Part shown: piece by piece, positions 41,081 through 55,165 of the stretch
Numbering within the stretch: the stretch's first letter is position 1
How the letters are laid out: every line of letters begins with the position of its first letter
Assembly: GCF_006345805.1 (NCBI RefSeq)
Contig: NC_043003.1
Span: 75,826,001-75,890,000, forward strand
Length of the DNA stretch: 64,000 nucleotides
Direction: 5' to 3'
Source: Octopus sinensis
Lineage: Eukaryota
Position numbers and translations under genes: made by a program
The notes under the pieces: generated by a model
Told to the model about the DNA's origin: nothing
Databases searched by the model: none
What the model saw: the letters and a program-made list of their open reading frames with translations, nothing else

Positions 41081-41583
41081 TACGTTCATTGTTTCTATAT
41101 TTATGTCTATGCGTATTTCCCTATAAATCTAGTCTATGTGTATGAAAATATTATATGTATACTTGAGGCTATGAGTGTTCTTTGTTCGCGTCCCTATATC
41201 TATATCTGTACCCAAGCGTGTGTAGAGGCGTGGGCTGGTATCGTTGCTATCTCATTACAAAACTACTTAGTAAGATAGTGTATCTTACTGCTGTATTTAC
41301 TCCGTGCCAATGCAAAACATATATTGCCATTGAAATTCAACACAGCCATATATAATATGAATCCATTTTATTTAATATTGCTTATAGTTTAGTACATTAA
41401 AATATATATGAAATCCTTGCATAATATTCTTCTCGCAAATATAATAACACTGGCAACATAATCGTGCACTTGCATGCAATTCGCCTGGTTTAATATGTAA
41501 ATACCAACCATGATGGACTTTTTTCGTCATGTTTTGTATTTACCATATTTATTGCGGACCTGTGGGTTTACATCTACATATGA

Positions 41584-41625
<42 letters not shown>

Positions 41626-41792
41626 TGAGAGTATGTGTATGTATGGATACATAAATTTCATTGCGTTGAGGCGTACACATACTGACGTTCACAATAAGTC
41701 AATGTCTTATTGCATGCACTCGCACAAATCGACATCTACAGCAGCATACATACAAATACACACACACATGCACATATATATGTATATATATG

Positions 41793-41823
<31 letters not shown>

Positions 41824-41956
41824 TAAGCATATATATATATATATATATATATACCGGAGTAAACACATAAATGTGAAACAAGGTGGAAAAAAGAGTACTC
41901 AAACACCAGTGGTAGAGTAATATGCTTATTTTAAGCAGCAGAAAATTCAACAAAAT

Positions 41957-41994
41957 CTGTTACTCTGAGTTTCTCGTTGCCGTTCATCAGACAG
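41957..41994 (-). ncRNA. Minimal type I hammerhead ribozyme (GUA site)
   Basis: CUGU-CUGAUGA-A-CG-GCAA-CG-A-GAAAC-UCAGA-GUA-ACAG. Helix I is 4 bp and helix II is closed by a GNRA tetraloop. Confidence 0.75.
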
Positions 41995-42011
41995 TTTTTT
42001 TCTAGCAAAAA

Positions 42012-42049
42012 CTGTCTGATGAACGGCAACGAGAAACTCAGAGTGACAG
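42012..42049 (+). ncRNA. Inverted copy of the same hammerhead with a GUG (non-NUH) site
   Basis: Identical to the minus-strand copy except A17 to G at 42045. Confidence 0.7.
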
Positions 42050-42082
42050 ATTTTGTTGAATTTTCTGCTGCTTAAAATAAAG

Positions 42083-42149
<67 letters not shown>

Positions 42150-42671
42150 GCATATATATATATATGTATATATGTTCTGTATTTGTAGATTATGAAAGAC
42201 AGAAAATTCGCAAAATCGTTGAGAGCTGTCGAAACACGTGTTTACCAGAAGGGGTATGACTTTGCTAACCACAACCGAAAATTGACTTTGCAACTTAATC
42301 GGTCGTAATTTGATAAATATTTAACAACTTAATTACCACAAATTTACTTCTTTCAGTATAACTTTAAGCATATGTAAACACGTCTTTTTATTCTCTTCAA
42401 ACTGATAGAGATGTTATTCTCAGAAGCCTCATTATTAGATGGCTACGCATCGGTGAAAAACTCCTTCATTACACTTCTCACGAAGAGAGCGTTTCACATT
42501 TATCTACGACAGTTAATCTTGATGAATTCTTGATGTTAATAAATTATCAGAATCAAACCAAATGGTGTATAAACCATCAACAAATATATCCAGTCATTAA
42601 CAGCTCAATTAATAATAGGTCATTAAACCGCAACAACTTATGACGTTACAATTAATCCAAGGAGAAAAAGT

Positions 42672-42724
<53 letters not shown>

Positions 42725-43975
42725 CTCTTAGATGACAATCAGGTATTCTCCGTATAGAAAACACTTAGTAGTACTCAAGAGGTTTAAACTTCAGCCAGTA
42801 GAGAAATATATCTAAGGAAGAGTGAGTTAGGCAGGTTACTATATAAAGTATATTAAATACTTGAAATGCAAAAAAACGTATATACGTATGTTTACGTACA
42901 GCAAGGTCTTTTATGTACATAAAAAGATATACATTTTTCGTGGCATGTTCCCAAAGACGTTGTTGTGGAAGGCGAGTTTAGGCGGCTTTATATACACCAC
43001 TTAATGATGATATAGGCCGACCACTGATGATACAAATAACAAGCTTGAAATGGGTGGAAGCATGAAGTGGAACTGTTACAGAAAGCAAAGAATAGAGAAT
43101 TGTAACAGAACACGATCGCTCATGTTCTACATTCTGGACTTTGTGCCTAAAAAGAAAAGTGAAAAAAAATATTTCATTAGATTATTTTTAAATAATATAT
43201 ATTTCAAATTATTAAGACCCTCGAGTAACGGTCTATGTTTTATATGAACAGCAATGTTGGTTTTGGATAGACAATGTTTTAGTTAAATCTATATTTTTAT
43301 GAACTAAATATATATGTATATATATATATATATATATATAATTTTTTTTTTATAAACTGAGAACCTTATGCTTTTTTCCATTTATATTCTGTATATACGT
43401 TTCTCTTAAGGACCGTTTCATTCGATTATATTAATAAGATATATGCTTCCTCATATGCTAACAAATTTACCAAGGAAAGCTTATATTCCTGTGTTCTTTG
43501 ACAAAATACAAGGTAGAATTCTAAAAGTTAATTCCAACATATAAACATTATGTATAAAATTATATCGGAGCATCTGTTAATATGCGGCATTGTTATAATT
43601 CGAACTTCGCGCAATGCTTAACGACGACTCTTCTCGACTGTATAATAAACATTAGTACAGCAACTACAGTATTTTTGTTAGTAGGGAAGCTTTAATATAT
43701 ATTTCCCAAAGCCTATACTACACGCGTTAAAGGTAAATATTGTATTTATATATTTGTATTTTGTTTTGTTCTACGTTTGGTTCATATGTAGTCAATCTTT
43801 ATGAATCAAGTTTTGACTATTGATCAATACATTTCTCGGGATATGATATTTTATCTCTTTCTCTCGCCCTCTCTCTCTCTTTCTTTCTGTATGTCTCTCT
43901 CTCTCTCTCTCTTTCCTTTCTTTTTCCTGTATTTCTTTCCTTCCCGCACACACACACACACACACACACACATGT

Positions 43976-44246
43976 ATATAATACACCGAATTTTCCACCC
44001 GGCATGAAGTATGCAGACGTACATATTTATATAGATACTTATATACATACATACATACACACACACACGCCACACACACACACACACACACATACATACA
44101 TATATGCAGTAGTGGTACGATAAAGTAGTTGTATACTGTCAACTTAATGTGACAGTACCATGAAGGGAATCACACTACTGCTATTTAGCCCTAGGAAGCA
44201 GCTACGCTTCCTCTCGGCCTTGAACTTTTCCATGTATGTATATAAG

Positions 44247-44278
<32 letters not shown>

Positions 44279-44387
44279 TGTATGTATGTATGTATGTATG
44301 TATGCACCCCTGTATGTATGTATGTTTCTATGTAAATACATACGTCTGCATACATCATGCAGGGTGAAAAATTCGGTGTATTATATA
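43976..44387. repeat. Inverted-repeat element: 47-bp arms (44/47 identical) around microsatellites and a unique core
   Basis: 43976-44022 versus the reverse complement of 44341-44387. Confidence 0.8.
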
Positions 44388-44974
44388 TATGTGTGTGTGT
44401 TTGTGTATGTGTGTGTGTCTTTTGTGCGTGCGTGTGTGTGTGTATATGTGTATATAAACAAACGTTTATATACTAATGGGAATGAATGTTCAAAACTGCA
44501 TTGGCACATAAATATTTTTTTTAATTGATTTACATGGCTACAAATGGTTTCATGTGACAAATGTTCGCTATTGTTAAAACTTGGCGCATGCAAATCGTTG
44601 TACTCGTCTCCAGTTTAGTGCTATATCCCCATACAAAATGGAAAAGTGTATTAACACTCGCATGTACCACATTTTAACAACTGTGAAGATCTTTTCACAG
44701 ATTATAGGCGGTTGCAGAGGCAACCTGGTATGATTTTCGGTGCAGCTTCTTCGGTGATTATTCATTTAGTGATTTTCGAAGCGAACTGAGTGAAATTTGT
44801 CGTTTGTTGGTTAAGGTTCAGCCGGGAGGTGTGGGGAAACAGAAAATATGGTGTATAAAATTGTAAAATAAAAGAAAATAAATTGTGAGAAAGAGCAAGT
44901 TACCATGTTGTATGTCGTTATAATTATTGTTTTTCAATATATATATATAAAGTTCCTTCTAAAATCATATAGAT

Positions 44975-45190
44975 TTATACGGCCGGCTTCCCTGTTTCTG
45001 TGCTATGTATATTCCCCACCTGGACGGGACGGTATTCCATCACAAAATTACTCAATTATGGCACCTGAGTGCGCTGAGGATATGTGAAATGAAATGTTTT
45101 ACTCAAGAAAATAACACGTCACTCGGTCCATGAATCAAAACCACAATCATACGATCAGGAATTTAACACATTAAGCCACACACACTCTCC
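44975..45190 (-). mobile_element. tRNA-derived SINE (family C), degenerate
   Basis: Homologous to 51510-51738 (GGACGGGACG...GTGAAATGAAA...GAATCAAAACCACAATC). Confidence 0.7.
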
Positions 45191-45204
45191 TATATATATA
45201 CATA

Positions 45205-45235
<31 letters not shown>

Positions 45236-45745
45236 TTATATATATTATATATATATATATATATAGTTACCTGTCAATGAATTTTATTCTAGAGTTATAT
45301 AACCAATGGAAGGAAGTTCGTTTCATACATACACAGACACACACAAAAACACTCCAGCTTACTCATTGTGCATAGCAATGTATTAATACAGAAAATGCAC
45401 ATGAGAACTTTTATAAGCTGCTATATATCTCTAGAATATATTAACCATGTATTTTATTGAAAAACTTATCAATTATTACTAACACGGACTGCTAAAAAGT
45501 ATCATACTTTAGATTGAAATAACTAGTATATTCTACCCAAGGCTCATATACACAATGGCTAACTTAAATATTCATACAGATACTCATCGATCTAACATTT
45601 CTCGATAAATGCATATATGTATCTTTCTATCTGAATACACACACAAAAGTATACATATACAGATGCAGGCATATATGTATGTATATGTGCATACGAAGTT
45701 CGGTTCATACGTGTGTGCTTGTGGGTAAATAATATATATATATTA

Positions 45746-45784
<39 letters not shown>

Positions 45785-45794
45785 TATATATATA

Positions 45795-45854
<60 letters not shown>

Positions 45855-45864
45855 TATATATATA

Positions 45865-45906
<42 letters not shown>

Positions 45907-46605
45907 ATATATGTGTATATTCATACGTGTTTGTGTGTGCGTGTGTGTGCTTCTCTGTGTGTATGTTATTGTATTTAAATAATTGCATATATAACTAATG
46001 TCATTAGGTGCCAAACATACTTTGAAATACTAGCAGGAAATCGAAAATGTATTTTAAGCTATTTCCGTCCTGGAGGCAATAGTATTATATTTGTGTCTAT
46101 TCACAGTAGCATTGTTACTAGCCATAGACCTGACTGAAATTCCAGACAAGCATCTATTGTAAGTTGAATATATATGTATCTACAGCAAATGTACGCCAAT
46201 TCAAACTTGGACAGGCGCGTGCATACGTAAAGCACACACACTTATATATATATATATACATATATACACACACACACATACAAATATATTCTTACACGTA
46301 TAGGGAGAATCAAATTATATACCATACTTACATTACATTCTCACAAGCTTTCATAACTACACAAAGTCGCAATAAGGATCAGATTAATATTTATATTTTC
46401 GATGTTTATTTTGTATTGTTGTAAAAATATGTGCATCTATATATGTTTGCGTGTGATTTATACATATTTGCACAAGGACAGATAATCAATTCGAGATTTT
46501 CGTCAAATCGAAAAAAAGGATGCTGCATGAATTTGACATAGAAAATATATTGATCATTATAAAACAGATGTTTCTTCAATATGCATATGTTTCTTCAATA
46601 TGCAT

Positions 46606-46639
<34 letters not shown>

Positions 46640-47944
46640 ACATACATATATACATGCATATATATAATTTTATGTATACAGAGTATCTGATTATATATAA
46701 CTGCAAGTGTGATTCAATTTAAAAGAAATTCAGGTGAAATGTGAAACTGCAGAAACTGTCGCAAGATATATGTGTTACCATGATAAATAAACTATTGTTC
46801 TATACTCTATGATTGATCTCTGATAATCAATGAATAATATTAACAAAATCCCTCTATATGTTTCTAGAATATCATCTGAAATAGATAGTACACATTTGAT
46901 TGTGAAATTATTGCAAATCTTAGCTTGATAAAAATGGTTTTATACAATTAAAAACACTTTTACTTTTAATCTAAATATTGATGGATTCTCAGATAGTTTG
47001 AGCCTCAAGTGAAATTGTTACAGATGTTTATGCCGCAAGTTCGGGTCTGATCAAATCGACTTAGCTGTGGCACGAATTATGGTAAGTGAAAGATCAGCTA
47101 AGTATTTCTGTTCTTCCTCTTTATCTGATACATTTTACCATTATATTCATATTGAAGTTAATGAAAACTTCTATTCCAGTTACTAAGGAGTTAGAGAGCA
47201 GGGTATTATGAATTACTCCCTTCGCCTCCATTTAAATATCAACTAGTAGCTAATCACCTCAATTAGTTTTCTAAGAATTTTACGATGAATTATGTAGCAG
47301 ATATATTTTATGAACCTACGTAGAATTTACAGTAATTCGTATTTGATTAATTATAGAACGTTACTCCTCAAATATATATATTGCCGGCGATGCTCGATTA
47401 ATTTTTAGGTTACAACTCTAAATAAACTTAGGAGAGAAAGACTTAATATATAATTCATCCACAAAACATTGCCCAACAAAAGTACGTCATAAAATAAGTA
47501 AACAAATTAAAAAAACATTCCTTCACTGAAATTTGAATTCACGCGGGACCTATAATCTAGATTAAAATTCTAATATACACAGTCGAAACAGCGGAAAGCC
47601 ACAATTTACTTCACTTTCTCGCCAATATTGCTGCTAGAATTACTATGTGCTATGTTATGAGCCATTTGAAGTAAAGACTACATCTCAGTAAGCCCTCCAA
47701 AATCAGGTTAATTGAAGTTGTCTTATCCTACTCGCCCTGGCATAAAAAGAACTTCTAAATATTCTTAATAGAGAATTTAATATTTTATTACGTAATGTCT
47801 GTTATGTCTTATCTATTTTAACAATTGTTTTATCATTTTGTTCAAATGACGAAAATTCCCCGATGTGTGAATTAAAGTCCCCTCGAGGTAGTAAAATATT
47901 TTCAGATACTGGGAACAAGACTTGCAACGATAAATATATTTAGA

Positions 47945-48255
47945 TCCGATATGGCTCAGTGGTTAGAGCGTCGAGCTCACAATCATGAGTTAGTGTGATT
48001 TCGATTCCCAGACCGAACTGTGTGTTGTGTTCTTCAGCAAGACACTTTTGCTCATGATGCTCCAGTTCACTCAGCTGTAGAAATGAGTTTCGATGTCTCT
48101 GGTGCCAAGCTGTATCGGCCTTAGCATTTCACTCGGATAAACTTGGTTATCTTGGAGAGGGGAAGTTAGTAAGTATGGGCGACTGCTGGGCTTTCATAAA
48201 CCACCTTACTCGGATTTGTGTCTAGAAGGCTAGCTTTCTAGATGCAATCTCATGG
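47945..48255 (+). mobile_element. tRNA-derived SINE
   Basis: A-box TGGCTCAGTGG, B-box-like TTTCGATTCC, then CAAGACACTT...GCTCCAGTTCACTCAGCTG. There is no tRNA 3' acceptor stem. Confidence 0.8.
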
Positions 48256-49309
48256 TGCTTCATGATATTTACAATAATTTTAAGATTACAATATTTAGTA
48301 TACCGTTGTTACCTACCGCTCAGTACACAATAATGTATTTACCGTTTAAGAAAAGATGTCTGAAAGTGTCCATAAGTCCTTTTTGGATGGAACGGGGAAA
48401 GCACTTTTTTTATATATTAGTTTTTCCTTTTTTTTTTGCGAAACACAGCTGCTAAGTAGCCCTTATTCTATAGAGCTTTCCTATGATAGATTGTGTTAAG
48501 TTAGTATCTGACTTGTACAAAGTTCTCTCGAAATTTTCTTCGATCAGCGTAATGTCTCATATTGAAAGGTAGTTTTGTTGAAAGAACGCCAGCTAAAAAG
48601 CCTTTTGTTCTTAATTAAATATCATGTATAGCTTTCGCGTACCTCGCTAATATTGTTAACAAGAATTCAGCCTCATATATTTAGATCCAATGCTAAGGAT
48701 TTTGAATTTTCCTTCAGCTGCGAATCCTATTAATATTTTGCACGTGGCTCTCTCTAATATTTTGACCATGGTTCCTATTCAGATATTTCGTTTGAAATTT
48801 GCAATAGCATACTGGCTAAAATAATCAGAATGTTTCTAGAAATATTCGAGACGTTCTTTGGTATATTTAATAGTGTATCAAAAACCGTGCCGAAATATCT
48901 GTGTAAAAAGTATCAAACAAGAAGACAGTCACTCCAAAACTCTTCAGCGCAAATATCATAATCTTCGTTATAAACAGTAACTGTAAAGGTTACATGAACG
49001 TCAACGGTGAGGTACATTCACACTACCAATTCTTAAATGACATGTTACTCATCGCCGAAAGCTACAGGCCATGACAACAGAAATTGACATCCAGAGCCCA
49101 ACAGTAAGCTTCAAAATAACCGCCATCCCAACTAAATAAATGCGATGTGAAAATGTAGCGGGAGGCCAAATAGGGATAAGAAATGATGCAATTTCAATGG
49201 TGGAGGAGTATGAGTGATTAGGACAAGCTGTAAATATATTTCGAAAAGTAAACGTTAAAATTTCGTACTGATTAAGAGACGGATAGAAAAATGCTTGCAT
49301 TGATAAAAT

Positions 49310-49850
49310 TTGAAATCAAATCAGATGGTATAAGAACTTGCGTATCGATTTCTTCAAAATCAATGTTTTGCTTGTGTTCATACATGCGTGTCCGATACGT
49401 GCTAAAGAACAACGGTCAACGACACAAGAGGGCTATAGGAACACCCATTCTGGTAATATCATTGCAGGAATATATCTGAAACTAATAATTAGAGAACGGA
49501 TTTGACTAAGCGATGAAAGTATGGTTATTGTATACCTCGATGATCACGGACATAAGAGTAATTCATGCAGATGTGATATGGTAATCAAGAAATTGTAAGA
49601 AACTATATTGATGTCCAAGTTAATGGGAAGGCAATATAGTCAAGTGGTTCGAGTGCTGATTGAAGAGAAGGACACAGACGAGGAAGAACAGAAGGGAATT
49701 GTGACCAACAGTGTATACGATCAACTGATAGTCTGCTCAAAGAAACAGTTCATAGGGCTTGGGAGGCATTCGTCCAGTGTAACGCAACACCTCACGACCA
49801 TTGATTCAAAAATCATCAACCATGAACAATACAGGAAGTTATTATAGGTG
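49310..49850 (+). pseudogene. Highly degenerate Gypsy/LTR-type reverse transcriptase remnant
   Basis: KSDGIRTC..DFFKIN resembles DG.+R+C+D++KLN. It is followed by MVIVYLDD at 49521-49544 and a downstream QL...FI..S.VTQHLT-like segment. Confidence 0.55.
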
Positions 49851-50624
49851 TTACTTTATGATAAGGGTGGAGTACTTTTATCAAATTAGGTGGGCATTCA
49901 AAGTGTATATTGCAAGCGTGTATTAATTTTTGTGTTTCATTATACATACTGATTTATTCCGTACCAATACATTTTCAGTTGATTCAATAACATTTCGCAT
50001 AAAATATTTAAATCCTTGCATCAACTGTTTATTACACGACTTTGTTAGTCCAAGGTTATTTTATTGAATCTCGCCCATTCATTCTGGCTAATAAAGAAAC
50101 AATTTCTCATTGGTACTGCTAATGAAGAAGACTCTACACAAACATTCTAATTGCAAGAAACTGCAGCAGAATTCAATGGAATTACATCCAGCTGTCTTAA
50201 TATGAAATGGTTGCCTTCGTTGGGACCGTGCGCACTCATAAAAACATACGTATAGATACTCAGACAGATAGATAGAGAGAGAAATAGAGATACGTACATA
50301 CATACATACGTACGTACATACACACATACATAAATACATACGTACGTACATACATAGAAAAGGTATCACAGTTTTTGATTAAAGGCTAACTTTGCTGGCC
50401 TGGAACTAAGCAAGAACGACAAAATATATTTCAATATTTCAAAACAATCAGCCTGAATTACACCATGTCTTAACAAATGTAGTGAAACGAAAATGCACGA
50501 GGAATACCAACTCAACAAACGACAAGATACCAAGAGATATGAAACATATGTTGTTCAGTGGAGATTGTCTCATATTCATAACCAACTAACAGAGATAACC
50601 AGCATTGCTCGAGTATAACATGTC

Positions 50625-50815
50625 TATTTATTTGTTATTTTACTTGTCGCGGTCATGTGAGGGTGATCATGCTGGATCACCGCTTTTAGTCGAAAAAATC
50701 AACCACTGGATTTATTCGTCGTAAGCCTAGTACTTATTCTATCGGGGCGTAAACACACCAATATCGGTTATTAAGCGATGGTGGAGGCACAAAATCGGAC
50801 AAAGGCGCATGCATA
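50625..50815 (-). mobile_element. SINE family A, 3' portion
   Basis: CATGCTGGATCACCGC...AAGCCTAGTACTTATTCTATCGG...AAACACACCA matches 3570-3690 and 59410-59560. Confidence 0.75.
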
Positions 50816-50835
50816 CATATATACGTATATATACG

Positions 50836-50906
<71 letters not shown>

Positions 50907-50931
50907 ATAAATATACATACATATATATATG

Positions 50932-50966
<35 letters not shown>

Positions 50967-51206
50967 TATAATATATATATACATAGATATACATATATAT
51001 GCATGTATAAATGTATATAAATGCATATAAATATATATGCATGAATGTATATATATATATATATTATATAGTGAAATATATACATATACATACATGTATC
51101 TAGATATATAAACATGTATATACACAACATATATGTATATATGCATTTATATATTTATGAACATATACATATATAACTATACATCTATATGTTTAGACAC
51201 ATACAC

Positions 51207-51248
<42 letters not shown>

Positions 51249-51378
51249 ATACATATATTTACGTATGTATATATACATATATATAAATGTACATATATAT
51301 TTACATATATACATGTATAGGTGTAAATATATATACATGCATATATACATATATGTACACATATATGTATATGTATGT

Positions 51379-51411
<33 letters not shown>

Positions 51412-51500
51412 AATATATATACACATACATATACATATATACATATAAATATATATATATATATACATACATATGTATACATATATAAACATATATAAAT
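50810..51500. repeat. TA-rich degenerate microsatellite field
   Basis: Directly visible. Confidence 0.9.
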
Positions 51501-51509
51501 TAAAAAATA

Positions 51510-51738
51510 CGCCCTTTTAAAGCGTAGTTAGGCTCATGGGCCTGGTTTCCCGGTTTCTATGGCGTATGTGTACCCCAGCTAGACGGGACGCCAGTCCATC
51601 GCAGCGTTACTTGTTTTTACCAGCTGAGGGAACTGGAGCAACGTGAAATGAAAACTACGCGTCGTCCTGTCCAGGAATCAAAACCACAATCTTACGATCA
51701 TGGTGCTGACACCCTAACCAGTAAGCCACGCGCCTCCA
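51510..51738 (-). mobile_element. tRNA-derived SINE (family C)
   Basis: Minus strand GGAGGCGCGTGGCTTACTGGTTAGGGTGTCAGC...TTTTGATTCCTGG carries A/B-box-like motifs. Confidence 0.8.
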
Positions 51739-51776
51739 CTATACACATTCATACATGCATACATATATATATAATG

Positions 51777-51822
<46 letters not shown>

Positions 51823-52150
51823 TACATACATATGTATGTATGTGATATATATGTGAAGTAATAGTTTCAGTTTAATACTTTCAATGTTCATAATGAAATA
51901 ATTTAACTGAATGTATCTCATGTTACAATTGTGATTTCATCGTTTTATTTTTTGACACGTAATGCTGAAATAGTGTAAGATATAAGAGACTACTCTGAGC
52001 TCGCATTATGCAAGACATAGACATTGAAACTTTTTGGGATCATGACACTGCATGGAACCTGAGTAAGGGATTCGTAAAATTTGGATGAAATCGGTTGGTT
52101 AGTTATCGAGTTTTAGTGATGCACATACACACACGCACACACACACACAC

Positions 52151-52193
<43 letters not shown>

Positions 52194-52494
52194 ACACGCA
52201 CGCACACATTCTCAGTTTTATATATAGATGAATAGAATTATGAATAGTTTCCATTAAAATATTCCCCTGGAATATTTTAGGAGAAATACTACAAAATAGT
52301 GTCGGATTAAATTTTCTCTATATGCGTGTTTGTTTGTGTGTGTGTATTTGTGTGTGTGTGTATGTGTATTTGTGTGTGTGTGTTTGTTTGTGTGTGTGTT
52401 TATATCTATGTGTGTATATCAATTTCTGGTCTATTTTGACGACTAAATTTTGGTTACAATATAACAACTCAAATAATCCCATTTCCTTCTACGC

Positions 52495-53520
52495 TGATTC
52501 TTGCAAGGATGTGATGAGCTGTCTGTAGTGTACGATGTCACAAATGCTTGCTCCGAAGCAAGCAAATGGAATCTTACACGTTTCCTTTTCCTTCTATATT
52601 AGAATATTGTACCAGAATATAGCATTATTCGTACCTCCGTTAGCCCTAAATTCAAATTGCTCCTGACGGAAATCTGGATCTAGTTTGCTTTGTATTCTTC
52701 CTAGCATAATCGTAAGGAATGAGACATGGCAACAGGCCTACAGGCTGGAACTCTTGCTGGCCTTAAATATCTGCATCATGTTGATTGGCACTAATATTTT
52801 GAAATCTACAGGAAGGTGTCCATAATCAAAAGTGTCAATGAAAAGGCCTTTCAGTTTGAAAGCTTTTTGTACCTTATGTTTGGAGGGTTAGTGTTTTTGA
52901 CTTACATCGCAAAACTGGCTCCCTAAGTTGACCGTTTTATGATCCCTTTCCTTTTTTTCTTTTTTTTTGCATGCAGTACAACGCAGAGGAAACATCATGA
53001 CAGGCAGGGCACTTGATGGATGACTGATATGTTAATATCAAACGCTCAAAATTTCCATCCAATTTTGATTGATGCTTTTCTCTATATCCAGTCTATGTAT
53101 GCTTAGAAGAGTTAGAAATAATTATAGTTGCTCACGTAACGCCCACACAGGCTTCCGATACACTATGTCAAGAATTATGTTGAAATCATATTTGTTAAAG
53201 ATGTTATACTGTAGCTTAAATATTGCTGGCATTTCTGGCCGGTGGAGAGATTCTATTCGACTTCAGTAATTGCACTTGGAGTAGAAGACAGCACATTGAT
53301 TAAAGAAACATATTTCCTGTGTCTTACTAAAATTAAATGGTATTGAACTTTGAATGTCATTTTGGAAAGAATAACAATGGTTTCGTCACGCGACCCACGT
53401 CTTAGGTTGTTCCGATTCTTCCCAGCACTATAGCTGCAGTGCTTGTTTGAAAACAAATTAGATATTGTCATTTCACTGGAGTCGGTTTCCCGTTTTAGAG
53501 CATCCATATTTTTATATAAT
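52495..53520 (-). pseudogene. Degenerate RTE-like LINE reverse transcriptase remnant
   Basis: FLTIMLGRIQSKLDPDFRQEQFEFRANGGTNNAIF..ILI*KEKE..KIPFACF...DIVHYRQL matches the RT domain 1-3 pattern EQ.GFR...GT..AIF / CF+D+.KAFD.V.H. Confidence 0.7.
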
Positions 53521-54129
53521 TAGAACTTGACTTGATTTGACATCTAGTTAATCATCTAAACACACAATGACATTAAATTTGAGACCGAGGAATTAGTGGT
53601 CATGATGGTTATTTTCAAGAAATTAGCCAATAGTTGATTACACTAGCAATATTTATATATAAAACCCCATTCAAAGTGTTTAAACGGGTTTTCGAACAGT
53701 TTGAAACTCCAATTAAAAACAAAAAAAAACGTAACTAATATATATATATACAGATGTTAAATTAATTCCAGTTATAGCTCTTGGAAATATGACTTCAATA
53801 CGGTTTGTTCAAATCAATATTTGTAACTGCCCGACTAAAACTAATCATACAACCAGGTTCCTTTTATTGTTAGATACGTTTGTCGATGTATATTTACTAA
53901 TGAACGTACCTTTAGGGATGCACACTGAAAATTAATCGTTCATTTCTTAATTCCCCTGGTTATATTTCGCAGCTACTTTCTACCAGGAATTAACGAATTG
54001 TGACTAGTAGTATTCCCAAAGGCACGTATATGTTCATGTTTATAGACATGCATTTGTGTATAAATTCATGCATATACCTACAAAGAAAATCACACTCATG
54101 CACACTGTACACTTTTTATTGATTTAATT

Positions 54130-54139
54130 GTGTGTGTAT

Positions 54140-54182
<43 letters not shown>

Positions 54183-54455
54183 TATAGATAGATAGAAGAA
54201 AAAATATGAAGAAAATAGAAGAGGGGAGGGAGGAGAAGAAGAAGAAGAAGAAGAGAGAAGAAGAATAGAAGAAGAAGAAGAAGAAGAAGAAAAAGAAAGG
54301 AAGAAGAAGAAGAAGAGAAGAAGAAGAAGAAGAAAGAAGAAGAGAAGAAAGAAGAAGAAGAAGAAGAAGAAGAGAAGAAGAAGAAGAAGAAGAAGAAGAA
54401 GAAGAAGAAGAAGAAGAAGAAGAAGAAGAAGAAGAAGAAGAAGAAGAAGAAGAAT
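54130..54455. repeat. (GATA)n plus (GAA)n microsatellites
   Basis: Directly visible. Confidence 0.95.
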
Positions 54456-54623
54456 TTCTTTTATTAGCTAGAGGCGAATTGGCACAAGGAACTTTTCTCG
54501 ATTCACAAAGCGTTAATGTCAAAATGACCAAGATGGCATTTGAATTCAGAATGTCATATGCCGTGTTGTAACTTGATACAGCAAAACATTTTGCCCGATG
54601 CTCTAATGATTATGCTACCTCAA

Positions 54624-55165
54624 TTTTATTGAGTCACACGTTTTGCAATATTCTAGAAATTAATTTGTTTTATTCGTCAAGGTATAAGAAAAGCACCCTA
54701 GCATTCCAGTAAAAGCCAGCATACTGCACCGTCTGAAGCCAACTTTCGGCCAGTTTTTCGATCCCACGCTGATACAAGTACTTGTCCTTCGAGGCGAAGA
54801 ATTTCTTCGGTGAAGCGTCCGACTCGTCTTGGTTGATGAAATATCAGAAGCGGTGGACGTGGAACCATGGATCGGAGCAAGAAATAATCCAAAGGAGCTA
54901 GGTCCGAACTATATGCTGGTATTCCCTAAATTTCTTGGAATATATTCCTGGACGTTGGAGTGGTATGATGTCTTGCGTTGTCTTACTGTAGAAGAGCTCG
55001 TTTTCTGTTAACCAGCGCTGGGTATTTTGCTGCACAGTCGCATGCATCCGCTGCAGTTGGTCGGAGAACATGTTCACATCGATGGTTCGACCCGCCGGAT
55101 CGAACTCAAAGTGAATTATCCCTTCATAATTCTCCAAACGAAGAGCATCTCCTTGAGTTCGAAAC
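54624..55165 (-). mobile_element. mariner transposase C-terminal remnant with right end
   Basis: YEGIIHFEFDPAGRTIDVNMFSDQLQRM, and downstream KFFASKDKYLYQRGIEKLAESWLQTV. Confidence 0.85.

Noticed and set aside
43015-43060. CTGATGA...GAAAT
   Set aside because: No helices and no NUH triplet.
47945-48030. tRNA-like sequence
   Set aside because: It is a SINE head: there is no acceptor stem and it runs into a SINE body.
51950-52130. Helentron/HINE-like AAATTTGGATGAAATCGGTTGG segment
   Set aside because: The termini could not be identified, so the evidence is too thin to call.
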